Made by a program: the position numbers and the translations under genes
Shown: positions 27,772-36,868 of the stretch, in pieces
Layout: each line of letters begins with the position of its first letter
How positions within the stretch are numbered: position 1 is the stretch's first letter
Assembly: GCA_049903315.1 (NCBI GenBank)
Contig: JBNGBT010000001.1
Coordinates: forward strand, 192,001 to 256,000
Reading direction: 5' to 3'
Length of the DNA: 64,000 bases
Source: Candidatus Cloacimonadota bacterium
Lineage (GTDB): Bacteria; Cloacimonadota; Cloacimonadia; JGIOTU-2
The notes under the pieces: generated by a model
Database searches by the model: none
What the model was told of the DNA's origin: nothing
The model's input: only the letters and a program-made list of their open reading frames with translations

Positions 27772-29751
27772 ATGATTCATAATACTATGAAACAGAAATT
27801 ATTGTTAGCTTATATTTCTTTCGTTTTTATTTTAGTAAATTGTTCTCTTTTTGCTCAAAGCTCAATGCATATATGGGATCAGAACGACGGGAGTCTTAGT
27901 GATGGTGCAATCCATGGACAGGTTTGGTCAAACATTGGAGGACCAATCAAAGATGCACTTGTTTTTGTATCCAATCCAGAACTTTCACATCTCTATGGTG
28001 ATGATGTGAGTGCTGGTGGTGATAATTGGGGTGATTATTGGGTAGGGCCTCTCCCTTCAAATACTAATCTAGTAGTCTTTGCATATCATCTAGAAAGACC
28101 ATTTATTCTTAAATCAGAAGAATTTAATTTAAATTATAATGAAAATCGCGAAATAGAGTTGGATCTATCAATAGATTATACAGATCCAGGTTTTATCACT
28201 ATGAATAGTGATTTCGTTAATTATGGAAATGGGGGGGTATTACACTTAGCAGGTTTTATTTTAAGAATGATAACATTACTTCAACAATCTCAAAATAATA
28301 CTACAGCTCAAGCTATTATTGAACAGTTAGAATCATTGCAAACAAATAATCAAACGTCGTATGCAAATCCTACCCTCGGTTTCATCCTCGACTCATCAGG
28401 GAGCATGAGTGATAATGATCTGAATGATATTAGAAAAACTGCACTGATCAATATTATCAAAGATAGACTAACGGGAAATGAACAGGTACATATTGTGGAT
28501 TTTGACTCAGATGCCCATGTCTGTAATAGTAAAATATCAGGTTGGTCTAAAGATGAGCTCATAAGCGCTGCAAAGACGATCGACTCATCCGGTGGTACCA
28601 ATGTAGAAGCAGGACTGGACGTCATGAGTGCGTCACTCACAAAGAGTGGTTTTTCAAATAATACAGGAGTGATGTTATTAACTGACGGAAAGGGGGAATA
28701 CAAAGACGCAGCACAGTGGTATATGAATAAGGGGATAAAGGTTTATACCGTAAGCTTTGTGGGAGATGCCGATGAGGTACTTCTCAGGAATATCGCTCAC
28801 CAGACAGGTGGTATTTACATGCGCGCTGATACCGCAGACCAGATATGCAATCTTTTTAATCTGTTTTACGATCTTCTCACTGGGAGCAGTATGTTTGCCT
28901 TTCATCAGGATCTTATCCATCAGGGTGATGTGCTTGATTATTATTTCCCAATTGATAATGTTGAAGGAGATCTGTATTTTGCTACAAACTGGTCAGGGAG
29001 CAAAGTCGATATGAAAATAATCTCACCGTCAGGTAATGTGTATACCGTAAATGATGGTAAGGGTTCATGGAATATTGGTGATAATTATGCTACAGCTTCG
29101 ATCCCATCCAAAGAGATCGGTAATTGGGAAGTACAGTTAATAGGTTCGCAGATACCCCAGCAGGGTGAAGAGGTAAGTCTCGAGGTGCATGGTAAATCTG
29201 ATCTCCTGTTCAATATTGACATGAACACTCATCAGGGATTTGTTGATTTTACTATAGTCAGCGCAATGCAACATCTTGTAGGGAATTATTCCGCAAATGT
29301 CACAGTAAAAACACCAAATGGAAAAGTGCTAGATATCTCAGATAAATTAAATGGGAACAAGCTGAACTATTTTCCAATTTCGGGCAAAGGAAGTTATCAG
29401 TTCAGTTTTCATATCCAGGGCAGCAGAAACGATGGTACTAAATTCCAGAGACAACTTACACGCTACTATTTTGCTGGGGAGCATGCAATACCATACATAT
29501 CACCAATTACATATATTCTCGGTAATTGTGTATATGCTGATATAGGTAAGGTCGTAGGTAACTCACCAGGTATAAAATGTTATATATATCGAGGTGATGT
29601 GAATAATTATCAAAATTGCATCGCAGAAGGTTATGTAATCAACTGTAAAGATCTTGAATGTACTGCTGAGATCGATTATTATCTTCAAAATACAAAAGCT
29701 CAGGTCGGTGATATCCTTAAGCTTGATGAGGATGACTGGAGAGCTGATTGA
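27772..29751 (+). CDS. Exported von Willebrand factor A domain protein
   Basis: Signal peptide; MIDAS motif ILDSSGSM, GGTN, LLTDG, LRNIAHQTGG. Confidence 0.88.
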   Translation: MIHNTMKQKLLLAYISFVFILVNCSLFAQSSMHIWDQNDGSLSDGAIHGQVWSNIGGPIKDALVFVSNPELSHLYGDDVSAGGDNWGDYWVGPLPSNTNLVVFAYHLERPFILKSEEFNLNYNENREIELDLSIDYTDPGFITMNSDFVNYGNGGVLHLAGFILRMITLLQQSQNNTTAQAIIEQLESLQTNNQTSYANPTLGFILDSSGSMSDNDLNDIRKTALINIIKDRLTGNEQVHIVDFDSDAHVCNSKISGWSKDELISAAKTIDSSGGTNVEAGLDVMSASLTKSGFSNNTGVMLLTDGKGEYKDAAQWYMNKGIKVYTVSFVGDADEVLLRNIAHQTGGIYMRADTADQICNLFNLFYDLLTGSSMFAFHQDLIHQGDVLDYYFPIDNVEGDLYFATNWSGSKVDMKIISPSGNVYTVNDGKGSWNIGDNYATASIPSKEIGNWEVQLIGSQIPQQGEEVSLEVHGKSDLLFNIDMNTHQGFVDFTIVSAMQHLVGNYSANVTVKTPNGKVLDISDKLNGNKLNYFPISGKGSYQFSFHIQGSRNDGTKFQRQLTRYYFAGEHAIPYISPITYILGNCVYADIGKVVGNSPGIKCYIYRGDVNNYQNCIAEGYVINCKDLECTAEIDYYLQNTKAQVGDILKLDEDDWRAD

Positions 29752-29855
29752 ATGATGTTACGCTGTTGTATTTGTCTTAAATTACAGGATCTCTTAAATT
29801 CTTTGTCAGATATGAATTTGTTCAAACCAATTCCCCTAATTTATAAAGAAGGTTT

Positions 29856-30695
29856 ATGAAAAGGATTTTGATTTTAGAAGACAACGAAGAATTAGCAAAT
29901 TATTATTCCAGGTTGGTCTTAAAGGAGGGATTCAAGACTAAGCACGCCTTAAACAGTAATGAATTTTTTAAATTATATGATACTTTCTTACCATCTATCA
30001 TTTTACTGGATATAAAACTTAATAATAGTAAATTAAGTGGGCTCGAAGTTTTTGTGAAGCTGGTAAAAAGTGGTGATTTCAAAGCAAAAGTCATTGTTAT
30101 TTCGGGGGAAGCATCACGAAGTGAGATTGCTCATGCAATAAAGTTAGGTGCCCATACCTTTATCGAAAAAACTGGTGATTTCAATGTTGATAAATTCCTT
30201 TCTGATGTAAGAGCGGCATATCAACTAAAAAGACAGGAGGAAGCAACAGATAAACTACTGCAGGAGAAGAAAAATCTTAGGCATTCATTATTGTATCAAT
30301 ATCCATTTATCGGTCAATCAAATACAATTGAAAAAGTTAAAAAGAATATTAAGAAGTTTGCAGAAGCTGATGTTGATGTAATGATACTCGGAGATACTGG
30401 TACGAGTAAAGAAGTAGTTGTACATCATTTATATTATCATTCGAAAAGAGCTGGAAAACCATTTGTGAAGGTAAATGCTGGTGGTTTACCCGAGAGTATA
30501 GTAGACCTTGAGTTATTTGGACATAAAAAAGGATCTTTTACTGATGCAAGGTTTGATAAAAGAGAATACTTTGAACAAGCAAATGGAGGATATTTGTTTT
30601 TAGATGAAATAGCAAATATCACACTACCAATACAGGTAAAAATACTTCAGGCAATTGAAAATATTGATTATTACTTACAAAATACTATAGCCTAG
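29856..30695 (+). pseudogene. Truncated paralogue of the sigma-54-dependent response regulator, fused to a vWA-gene tail
   Basis: Closely similar to 33357..34763 up to AIEN, then switches to IDYYLQNTIA*; Walker A altered (GTSKE); AAA+ C-terminal half and HTH missing. Confidence 0.8.
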
Positions 30696-30743
30696 ATCGG
30701 TGACATACTTAAACTTGACGAGGATGATTGGAAGTCTGAATAA
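30663..30743 (+). repeat. Diverged 81-nt copy of the 3' end of the vWA gene (29671-29751)
   Basis: IDYYLQNTIA*IGDILKLDEDDWKSE* versus IDYYLQNTKAQVGDILKLDEDDWRAD*. Confidence 0.9.
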
Positions 30744-30759
30744 AAACTTCAGAGGATAG

Positions 30760-33360
30760 ATGAACAAAATGAGAAAATTATTAAAACCTGAATATTTTAT
30801 TATACTTGCTATCATTCTAACTGCTATTTACTTTATATCGAGCCCGTTTCGTTTTTATAAGGGTGGTGAGTTATATCGAACTGAATTTACTCGAATTGAA
30901 TCTGCAGAAGTTGGCATTGTTAATCGTAATAATCCAAGTGAATATTTCATTGCCCATAGAGCACGCACAGGATTTTATGCAGAATTTCATAATTTTGATG
31001 GTACAATTCAATCAATCCATGAAATTTCTGGTGCAGCCCTACGAAACATTGGGCATCCCTTTTCAACAAATTTATGGGTAGGGGATAAAGCTTATTTTTC
31101 AGGTTTACGGTCTCAAGAAGATTTAGTAATTTGGGAAGTTGATTTCAATACAAAAAAGGTTCAAGAACATTTTGTAAAGAACCTCAATATTTTAAGATCT
31201 TTACAGGATACAATGATCGTGAAGAACGGATTTGCTTTTTATAAACCAAAAATAAATACGCAAAATGATAAAAAAATTGATTTGTATTTTGATGGGGAAG
31301 GATACAGATTACTATTCTCAGAGTCAACAGGGGATTCAATCTATTCTTATTTTGATGTAGAATTTCTTGAGAATCATTATGCATATCTGAAAGTATCGGA
31401 GTATCTGAATAATTATCTCAAACCTGAGAAAAAATTCACTTTGTACGATGTATTTGAGATAATAAACTTTTTCAACAGAAATAATTTCTATGATAAAAAA
31501 TACTTTGCTCACATGGACTACGTATGTGCTCCTGTAAGTTATATTTTATTGCAGAATAGTTTCGATGCAAATAATGATGGTAATAAAGACCTTTTAATAA
31601 GAGTGAATTTTTCTAGATTTTGTAATGATATGCTGATATGTTATGATCTACATAATGAAAGAATTCTATGGGAAAGAAATGATTTTCATAATGTAAAAAA
31701 TGTTCAAATTCTTGATTTAGAAAATGACGGAGAAGATGAATTGCTTTTTAGTACCTATGCGCCATGTAACGAAATTCCGATAAATTTTCATGAGCTCAAC
31801 ACTAAATTTCGTAATAGAAGTTATTTTTGTATCTTAAGTGCTCAAGATGGAAGTATAAAAGAGATTAATGGTAAACAAGCTCTTATCAAATCCCCAAGAG
31901 GATTTTATGAATTTAGATTTATTCCAATTAAAGAAAAAAATAAGATATTGTTGGGATTAATGGCAAGATCAGATTTTGAAGTTAAGAAATTGCTTGAGTT
32001 TGATTTTTCAGTTAATTTCTTAGATACTTTGAACATTGAATATACAAATCTCTTGGGATTCACAAAAGATAAAGGGAAAATAGTTATTTTCGACAATCCC
32101 CTTAATATGCTAAGGTCAATAAAGTTAGATGCCAACTTAGAGCTGGCATCAACGAAAACAATTAAAGTTAACGAAAGTAAACTTATGACATTTATGCCAA
32201 CATTTATTGATATTGATAAAAAAAAATATAATCTTCTTTTTTCAGTAGAAAAGTTTGTGTTCGATAATTCACTAAAATCAATCGCCAATTTTTATCAACA
32301 GTTTAGAGATTTCACTGCGCAATCATTCAATAATAACTTATATTTCATTGATTATACTGGTGATAATTTCTATTTTTCACAAATAAAATTCATACAAAAT
32401 AGAACACTTAATCCGGTGATTATAAACTTACTTATCTTTGAGTTAATCATTTTTTTATTTTTTTTGTTGATCAAACAATCAATTTCACTACCTGCATTAT
32501 CAACAAAGGATAATTTTTTTGTAATCTGTTCCTTCTTCGGCTTATTATACACCTGGCGCGTAACAGGTGTCTATAGCAGGTTTTTCCGATTGCCCAAATG
32601 TATGTCCTTCAATAAGCAGTTAGCATACAGATACTTATATGATATATCAGACAAGGTTCAAGAATATTATATCAATTCTGCACTTTTCATAAAAACTAAG
32701 ATATATAAGTTCCACACCGAAAATGAGCTTTCAATCATCCAGAGAATTTCCCACGATCTCAAAAATCAAATTCTCATGATCAAGCTTCAAATAGATGAAT
32801 ATTACAGCAATCTGAAAAAGAAACGGGCTGAAGAAGTGAGTATGATGCTTGATACGATCAAAGAAATTTCTGAAGTGGCACAAACGTTATCGAATTTCTC
32901 TCAGATAAATCAATTATTCAAGGAACAAATACATATTTTGTCTTTGATAGAAGAGATCCTTGCAGAATTATACGCACATAAGAATATCAATTGTGTTCAG
33001 ATTGAATCAGATAACGATTACGCTCTATTCGTTGACAAAAAGCTACTCAAGACAGCGCTGAAAAATCTTATTTGCAATGCAATGGATGCAATAAAAAATG
33101 ATCAGCGATTTTTGATTGCCATAAAAAAAGTCGATCATGTGATTAGCATCATCCTTAAGAATCCGACAGATATAATCCAAGAAGAATTCGAGAAGATTGA
33201 AGAAATCGGATTTACAACAAAAAAAACGGGATCTGGGCTTGGTATACCAATTTCTCGGTCGATCATTGAAAAACATGATGGAAAATTTCAAATAATTTTA
33301 AAGGATAAATATTTTATAGTTGAAATATATCTGCCGTACGAACAAAGGGAGAAATCATGA
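30760..33360 (+). CDS. Sensor histidine kinase with large extracytoplasmic domain
   Basis: N-terminal TM; FG-GAP-like DANNDGNKDLL and DLENDGEDELL; TM helices; H-box ISHDLKN, N-box NLICNAMDA, G2 box FTTKKTGSGLG. Confidence 0.88.
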   Translation: MNKMRKLLKPEYFIILAIILTAIYFISSPFRFYKGGELYRTEFTRIESAEVGIVNRNNPSEYFIAHRARTGFYAEFHNFDGTIQSIHEISGAALRNIGHPFSTNLWVGDKAYFSGLRSQEDLVIWEVDFNTKKVQEHFVKNLNILRSLQDTMIVKNGFAFYKPKINTQNDKKIDLYFDGEGYRLLFSESTGDSIYSYFDVEFLENHYAYLKVSEYLNNYLKPEKKFTLYDVFEIINFFNRNNFYDKKYFAHMDYVCAPVSYILLQNSFDANNDGNKDLLIRVNFSRFCNDMLICYDLHNERILWERNDFHNVKNVQILDLENDGEDELLFSTYAPCNEIPINFHELNTKFRNRSYFCILSAQDGSIKEINGKQALIKSPRGFYEFRFIPIKEKNKILLGLMARSDFEVKKLLEFDFSVNFLDTLNIEYTNLLGFTKDKGKIVIFDNPLNMLRSIKLDANLELASTKTIKVNESKLMTFMPTFIDIDKKKYNLLFSVEKFVFDNSLKSIANFYQQFRDFTAQSFNNNLYFIDYTGDNFYFSQIKFIQNRTLNPVIINLLIFELIIFLFFLLIKQSISLPALSTKDNFFVICSFFGLLYTWRVTGVYSRFFRLPKCMSFNKQLAYRYLYDISDKVQEYYINSALFIKTKIYKFHTENELSIIQRISHDLKNQILMIKLQIDEYYSNLKKKRAEEVSMMLDTIKEISEVAQTLSNFSQINQLFKEQIHILSLIEEILAELYAHKNINCVQIESDNDYALFVDKKLLKTALKNLICNAMDAIKNDQRFLIAIKKVDHVISIILKNPTDIIQEEFEKIEEIGFTTKKTGSGLGIPISRSIIEKHDGKFQIILKDKYFIVEIYLPYEQREKS

Positions 33361-34763
33361 GTAAGAAAATACTTATTCTCGAAGATAATGAAAAACTCGG
33401 TAAGTATTATTCCAAAATACTGAGAGAAACCGGTTTCGAAGTAGCACATGTCAAAAATAGTACAGATTTTTTTGCAAGATATCCTGTGTTTAAACCTGCA
33501 ATAATATTATTGGATATTAAGCTGAATAATAGTCCATTGAGTGGACTTGAAGTTTTTGAAGAACTCATAAAAAAAGATCAGATTAGTGCGAAGGTAATTG
33601 TCCTGTCAGGTGAGGCAAGCCGAAGTGAAATCGCACATGCAATGAAACTGGGGGCTCATACTTTTATCGAAAAAACCGGCGATTTTAATACTGATAAATT
33701 TTTATCAGATATAGAAACGGCATATCAGCTCCAAAAGCAGGAAGAAACCACGAGAGAACTGATCGAGGAGAAAAAAAATCTAACCAGTTCATTCCTTGCA
33801 CAGTACCCGCTAATAGGAGAATCGAAGTGCATTAAAGAACTCAAAAAGGAAATTCTACGTTTTGCGAAAGCGGATGTGGATGTGCTTATACTTGGTGATA
33901 CGGGAACCGGTAAGGAAGTAGTTGCACATCACCTGTACTGGAACTCAAAACGATCAGGTAAGCCCTTTATTAAAGTTAACGCAGGAGGAATGCCGGATAG
34001 TTTGGTCGATTCAGAGCTTTTCGGGCATAAGAAAGGCTCCTTCACAGATGCTCACTATGATAAAAAGGGGTATTTTGAGCAAGCAGATGGTGGATATTTA
34101 TTCCTTGATGAAATAGCAAGTATCTCCCCAGCTATACAGGCTAAGATATTACGTGCAATCGAAAATAAGGAAATTCGCGTGGTCGGCGGGGAACAAAAAA
34201 AAGTCGATGTGAAGATCATATTTGCATCAAATAAAGACCATAAACAACTCATTAAAGATAATGAATTTCGCAGTGATCTTTATTACAGAGTTGCAAGAAA
34301 TGTCATTTTTATTCCTCCACTAATTGAGCGGGATGATGATATTATCCTTTTGCTGAATTATTTTTGCGAGATGCACAGCAAAGAATTTGAAGCATTTCTC
34401 GATTTTGATCTATATAAAATAAAAGGAGAACTTTTACGTTACACCTGGCCTGGAAATGTTCGTGAACTTCATAGTTTTTGTGAAAATCTTCTTATTCGTT
34501 ACAACATAATTGATAATGATGTGATTTTGGAAGAGGTCAATAATAAGATATCTGGAAAGTTATATAAAGATGATGATTCGCTATTTAAACTTCTTCAAAT
34601 AAATAAATTGCCAGATGCGGTTGATGTATTTGAAAAAAAATATCTTCAATATCATCTTGCTTTGAATGACGAAAATATGAGTAAAACTGCTGAGAGAATT
34701 GGAATAGAAAGAACGACTCTATATCGTAAATTGAAGAAGGGAGGTGAGGAGGGTAAAAAGTAA
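33357..34763 (+). CDS. NtrC-family sigma-54-dependent response regulator
   Basis: Receiver (LEDN, LLDIKL); Walker A GDTGTGKE; SELFGHKKGSFTDA; LFLDEI; FRSDLYYR; WPGNVREL; Fis-type HTH (IGIERTTLYRKL); ATGA overlap with the kinase gene. Confidence 0.95.
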   Translation: MSKKILILEDNEKLGKYYSKILRETGFEVAHVKNSTDFFARYPVFKPAIILLDIKLNNSPLSGLEVFEELIKKDQISAKVIVLSGEASRSEIAHAMKLGAHTFIEKTGDFNTDKFLSDIETAYQLQKQEETTRELIEEKKNLTSSFLAQYPLIGESKCIKELKKEILRFAKADVDVLILGDTGTGKEVVAHHLYWNSKRSGKPFIKVNAGGMPDSLVDSELFGHKKGSFTDAHYDKKGYFEQADGGYLFLDEIASISPAIQAKILRAIENKEIRVVGGEQKKVDVKIIFASNKDHKQLIKDNEFRSDLYYRVARNVIFIPPLIERDDDIILLLNYFCEMHSKEFEAFLDFDLYKIKGELLRYTWPGNVRELHSFCENLLIRYNIIDNDVILEEVNNKISGKLYKDDDSLFKLLQINKLPDAVDVFEKKYLQYHLALNDENMSKTAERIGIERTTLYRKLKKGGEEGKK

Positions 34764-34825
34764 AAGTATTGCTTTGAGGGTAGAGTGATGTACAATATCT
34801 TTGCATGTTAACATGCTGCAATATA

Positions 34826-34940
34826 AATATCGAATATCCAACACGGAATATCCAATGTCCATATGATAGTCTTCTTAAATCTTAAATCGTTTTTCATTGA
34901 TTTTAGAATATCGAACACCGATTTTTTATTTCTGATATTC
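34826..34940. repeat. Degenerate 7-mer tandem repeats at the right edge of the island
   Basis: aatatcg-aatatcc-aacacgg-aatatcc-aatgtcc; further ttaaatc x2 and gatttta-gaatatc-gaacacc. Confidence 0.6.
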
Positions 34941-35038
34941 TTAACGAGTCGGTCACGAAAGGAACGACTCTGGACATCAAGGAATCGCAAAAAAGTGGAC
35001 AAACATTTTCAGTACTCATCTTTTCGATTCGATTGCGT

Positions 35039-36247
35039 ATGAAAAATTATTACTATACTTGCTTTTCATGTGGTGAGAAGTGGTCATCCGATGAGATCGA
35101 GGAAAACGACCACTATCTCTGTCCGAATTGTGCAGATAAAAATAAACCACAATCACCCCTTGTTGGATGTTTGAGGATTCTTTACGATTATAAAGTACTG
35201 AAAACTGAATATACTCTCGATTTCTTTAAAGAATCAACCCCGGGAAATATTTTTCAGTTTCCCTTACTTTTGCCCCTGAAAAGAGAAGTTCAGGATATAC
35301 TGAAAACCAGAATGTCTTTACCTTGCAATTCTCTCAGTAAAATTGCATTTGATTCGGACAATTCGGTTTTAATTTTGGATGACACGCACAATCCAACCTT
35401 CTCTTACAAGGACAGGGCATCCGTATTGGTTTTGGCAAAATCATTCGAACTCGGCAAAGATGCTATCTGTACCGCTTCGACTGGGAATGCAGCATCCTCG
35501 ATTTCCGGGCTGTGTGCAATGGTCGGAATGACATCAAAAATATTCGTCCCTCAAAGTATTCCACACGAAAAACTTACCCAGATAAAAATGTTCGGCGCCG
35601 ATGTTGAGAAAATCAAGGGCTCTTATGACGATGCCTATGACATTTCGATCGAAGAGTCAAAAAAACATGGATGGTATAACCGCAACACTGCGTATAATCC
35701 ACTCACAACAGAGGGAAAGAAATCCGGAGCTTATGATATTTTCCTGCAAATGAACTGCGAAGCGCCGGACAAAGTATTCGTTCCAACCGGTGACGGAAGC
35801 ATAATTTCCGGAATATTCAAAGGATTTTACGATCTCAAGCAGCTTGATCTTATCGAAAAAATTCCACAACTCATTGCGGTGCAGGCAGAAGGAAGTTCAG
35901 GCATTATAGATTATTTTGAAAGCGGTACATTCCATTATAAAGAATCCAATACACTCGCAGACAGCATATCCGTGAATGCACCCCGAAATCTCTACATGGC
36001 TGCCGATGATATAAAGAGGACTGATGGATTCGGCATCAAAGTGTCAGATGATGAAATTTTAAGTGCAGAGAAATATCTCAGTCAACAACATGGCTATTTC
36101 GTAGAGCCATCTGCAGCAGCAGCATGGGCGGGATTCATAAAATACAATGAAGAGTTCCATCAGAATAATGAAAAAATAGTTATTTTACTTACAGGCAGCG
36201 GATTGAAAGATATTAAGAATGCGCAGAAAGCTTTGTTGATGAAGTGA
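35039..36247 (+). CDS. Threonine synthase-like PLP enzyme (fold type II) with N-terminal Zn ribbon
   Basis: CFSCG...CPNC; NPTFSYKDRAS (PLP Lys), ASTGNAASS, VPTGDG, EPSAAAA, LTGSGLKD. Confidence 0.85.
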   Translation: MKNYYYTCFSCGEKWSSDEIEENDHYLCPNCADKNKPQSPLVGCLRILYDYKVLKTEYTLDFFKESTPGNIFQFPLLLPLKREVQDILKTRMSLPCNSLSKIAFDSDNSVLILDDTHNPTFSYKDRASVLVLAKSFELGKDAICTASTGNAASSISGLCAMVGMTSKIFVPQSIPHEKLTQIKMFGADVEKIKGSYDDAYDISIEESKKHGWYNRNTAYNPLTTEGKKSGAYDIFLQMNCEAPDKVFVPTGDGSIISGIFKGFYDLKQLDLIEKIPQLIAVQAEGSSGIIDYFESGTFHYKESNTLADSISVNAPRNLYMAADDIKRTDGFGIKVSDDEILSAEKYLSQQHGYFVEPSAAAAWAGFIKYNEEFHQNNEKIVILLTGSGLKDIKNAQKALLMK

Positions 36248-36249
36248 AT

Positions 36250-36867
36250 ATGGGTAATAAAATCTATGGATTGATCTTAGCAGCCGGGCTGTCCAGTAGA
36301 ATGGATGGCTTCAAACCTCTCGTACTCTTTGACCAAAAACCATTCATCATACATATTATTGATAAACTGTCTGCAGTGTGTGATGAAATCTTTGTCGTGA
36401 CTGGTTTTAACAGGTATGCACTTGAAGATAGTGTAAGAGCTCTTTATCGTGGAGATGCCATTCTAAAAAAGATTGACTTCATTCATAATCAGTACTTCGA
36501 GAAAGGGATGTTCAGCAGTATTCAAAAGGGTATGAAAGAAATCCTTCCCGAAATGAGCGAGCAAGACTATGTCATGCTTCATCTTATTGATCAGCCACAT
36601 ATTTCAGAAGATGTGTATGAGAAATTAGCCGAGAAGGCGCATAATGTGAATATGAAGGTCATTGTGCCTTCTTATAATATGAAAGCGGGACATCCAATAA
36701 TGCTATCAAAAGAAGTTGTTGAAGAAATCGTTGAAGCATCCGAGTCCGAGAATCTTCGGGATCTGCTGAGAAAACTTAATGATGAGATCATGTATGTGAA
36801 TATTTCAGATGAGTCTATTATCCAAGATGTAAATACGCCCGAAGAGAAAAATAGGTATTTAAAATAG
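36250..36867 (+). CDS. mocA: Molybdenum cofactor cytidylyltransferase (MocA/YgfJ-like)
   Basis: LILAAGLSSRM, GMFSSIQKG, DQPHI, GHPI, DVNTPE; adjacent to xdh genes. Confidence 0.85.
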   Translation: MGNKIYGLILAAGLSSRMDGFKPLVLFDQKPFIIHIIDKLSAVCDEIFVVTGFNRYALEDSVRALYRGDAILKKIDFIHNQYFEKGMFSSIQKGMKEILPEMSEQDYVMLHLIDQPHISEDVYEKLAEKAHNVNMKVIVPSYNMKAGHPIMLSKEVVEEIVEASESENLRDLLRKLNDEIMYVNISDESIIQDVNTPEEKNRYLK

Positions 36868-36868
36868 C

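Noticed and set aside
11604..29751. TerY-P triad (vWA-PP2C-kinase) defence system
   Set aside because: Here the vWA protein is exported and not adjacent, and the PP2C and kinases are membrane-bound with sensor domains, unlike the cytoplasmic triad.
30693..30695. TAG readthrough in the chimeric regulator
   Set aside because: More simply a CAG-to-TAG nonsense change in a decaying fragment.
8456..34940. Island as a prophage, ICE or T6SS locus
   Set aside because: No integrase, phage, conjugation or Tss/Hcp/VgrG genes, and no convincing att repeats.
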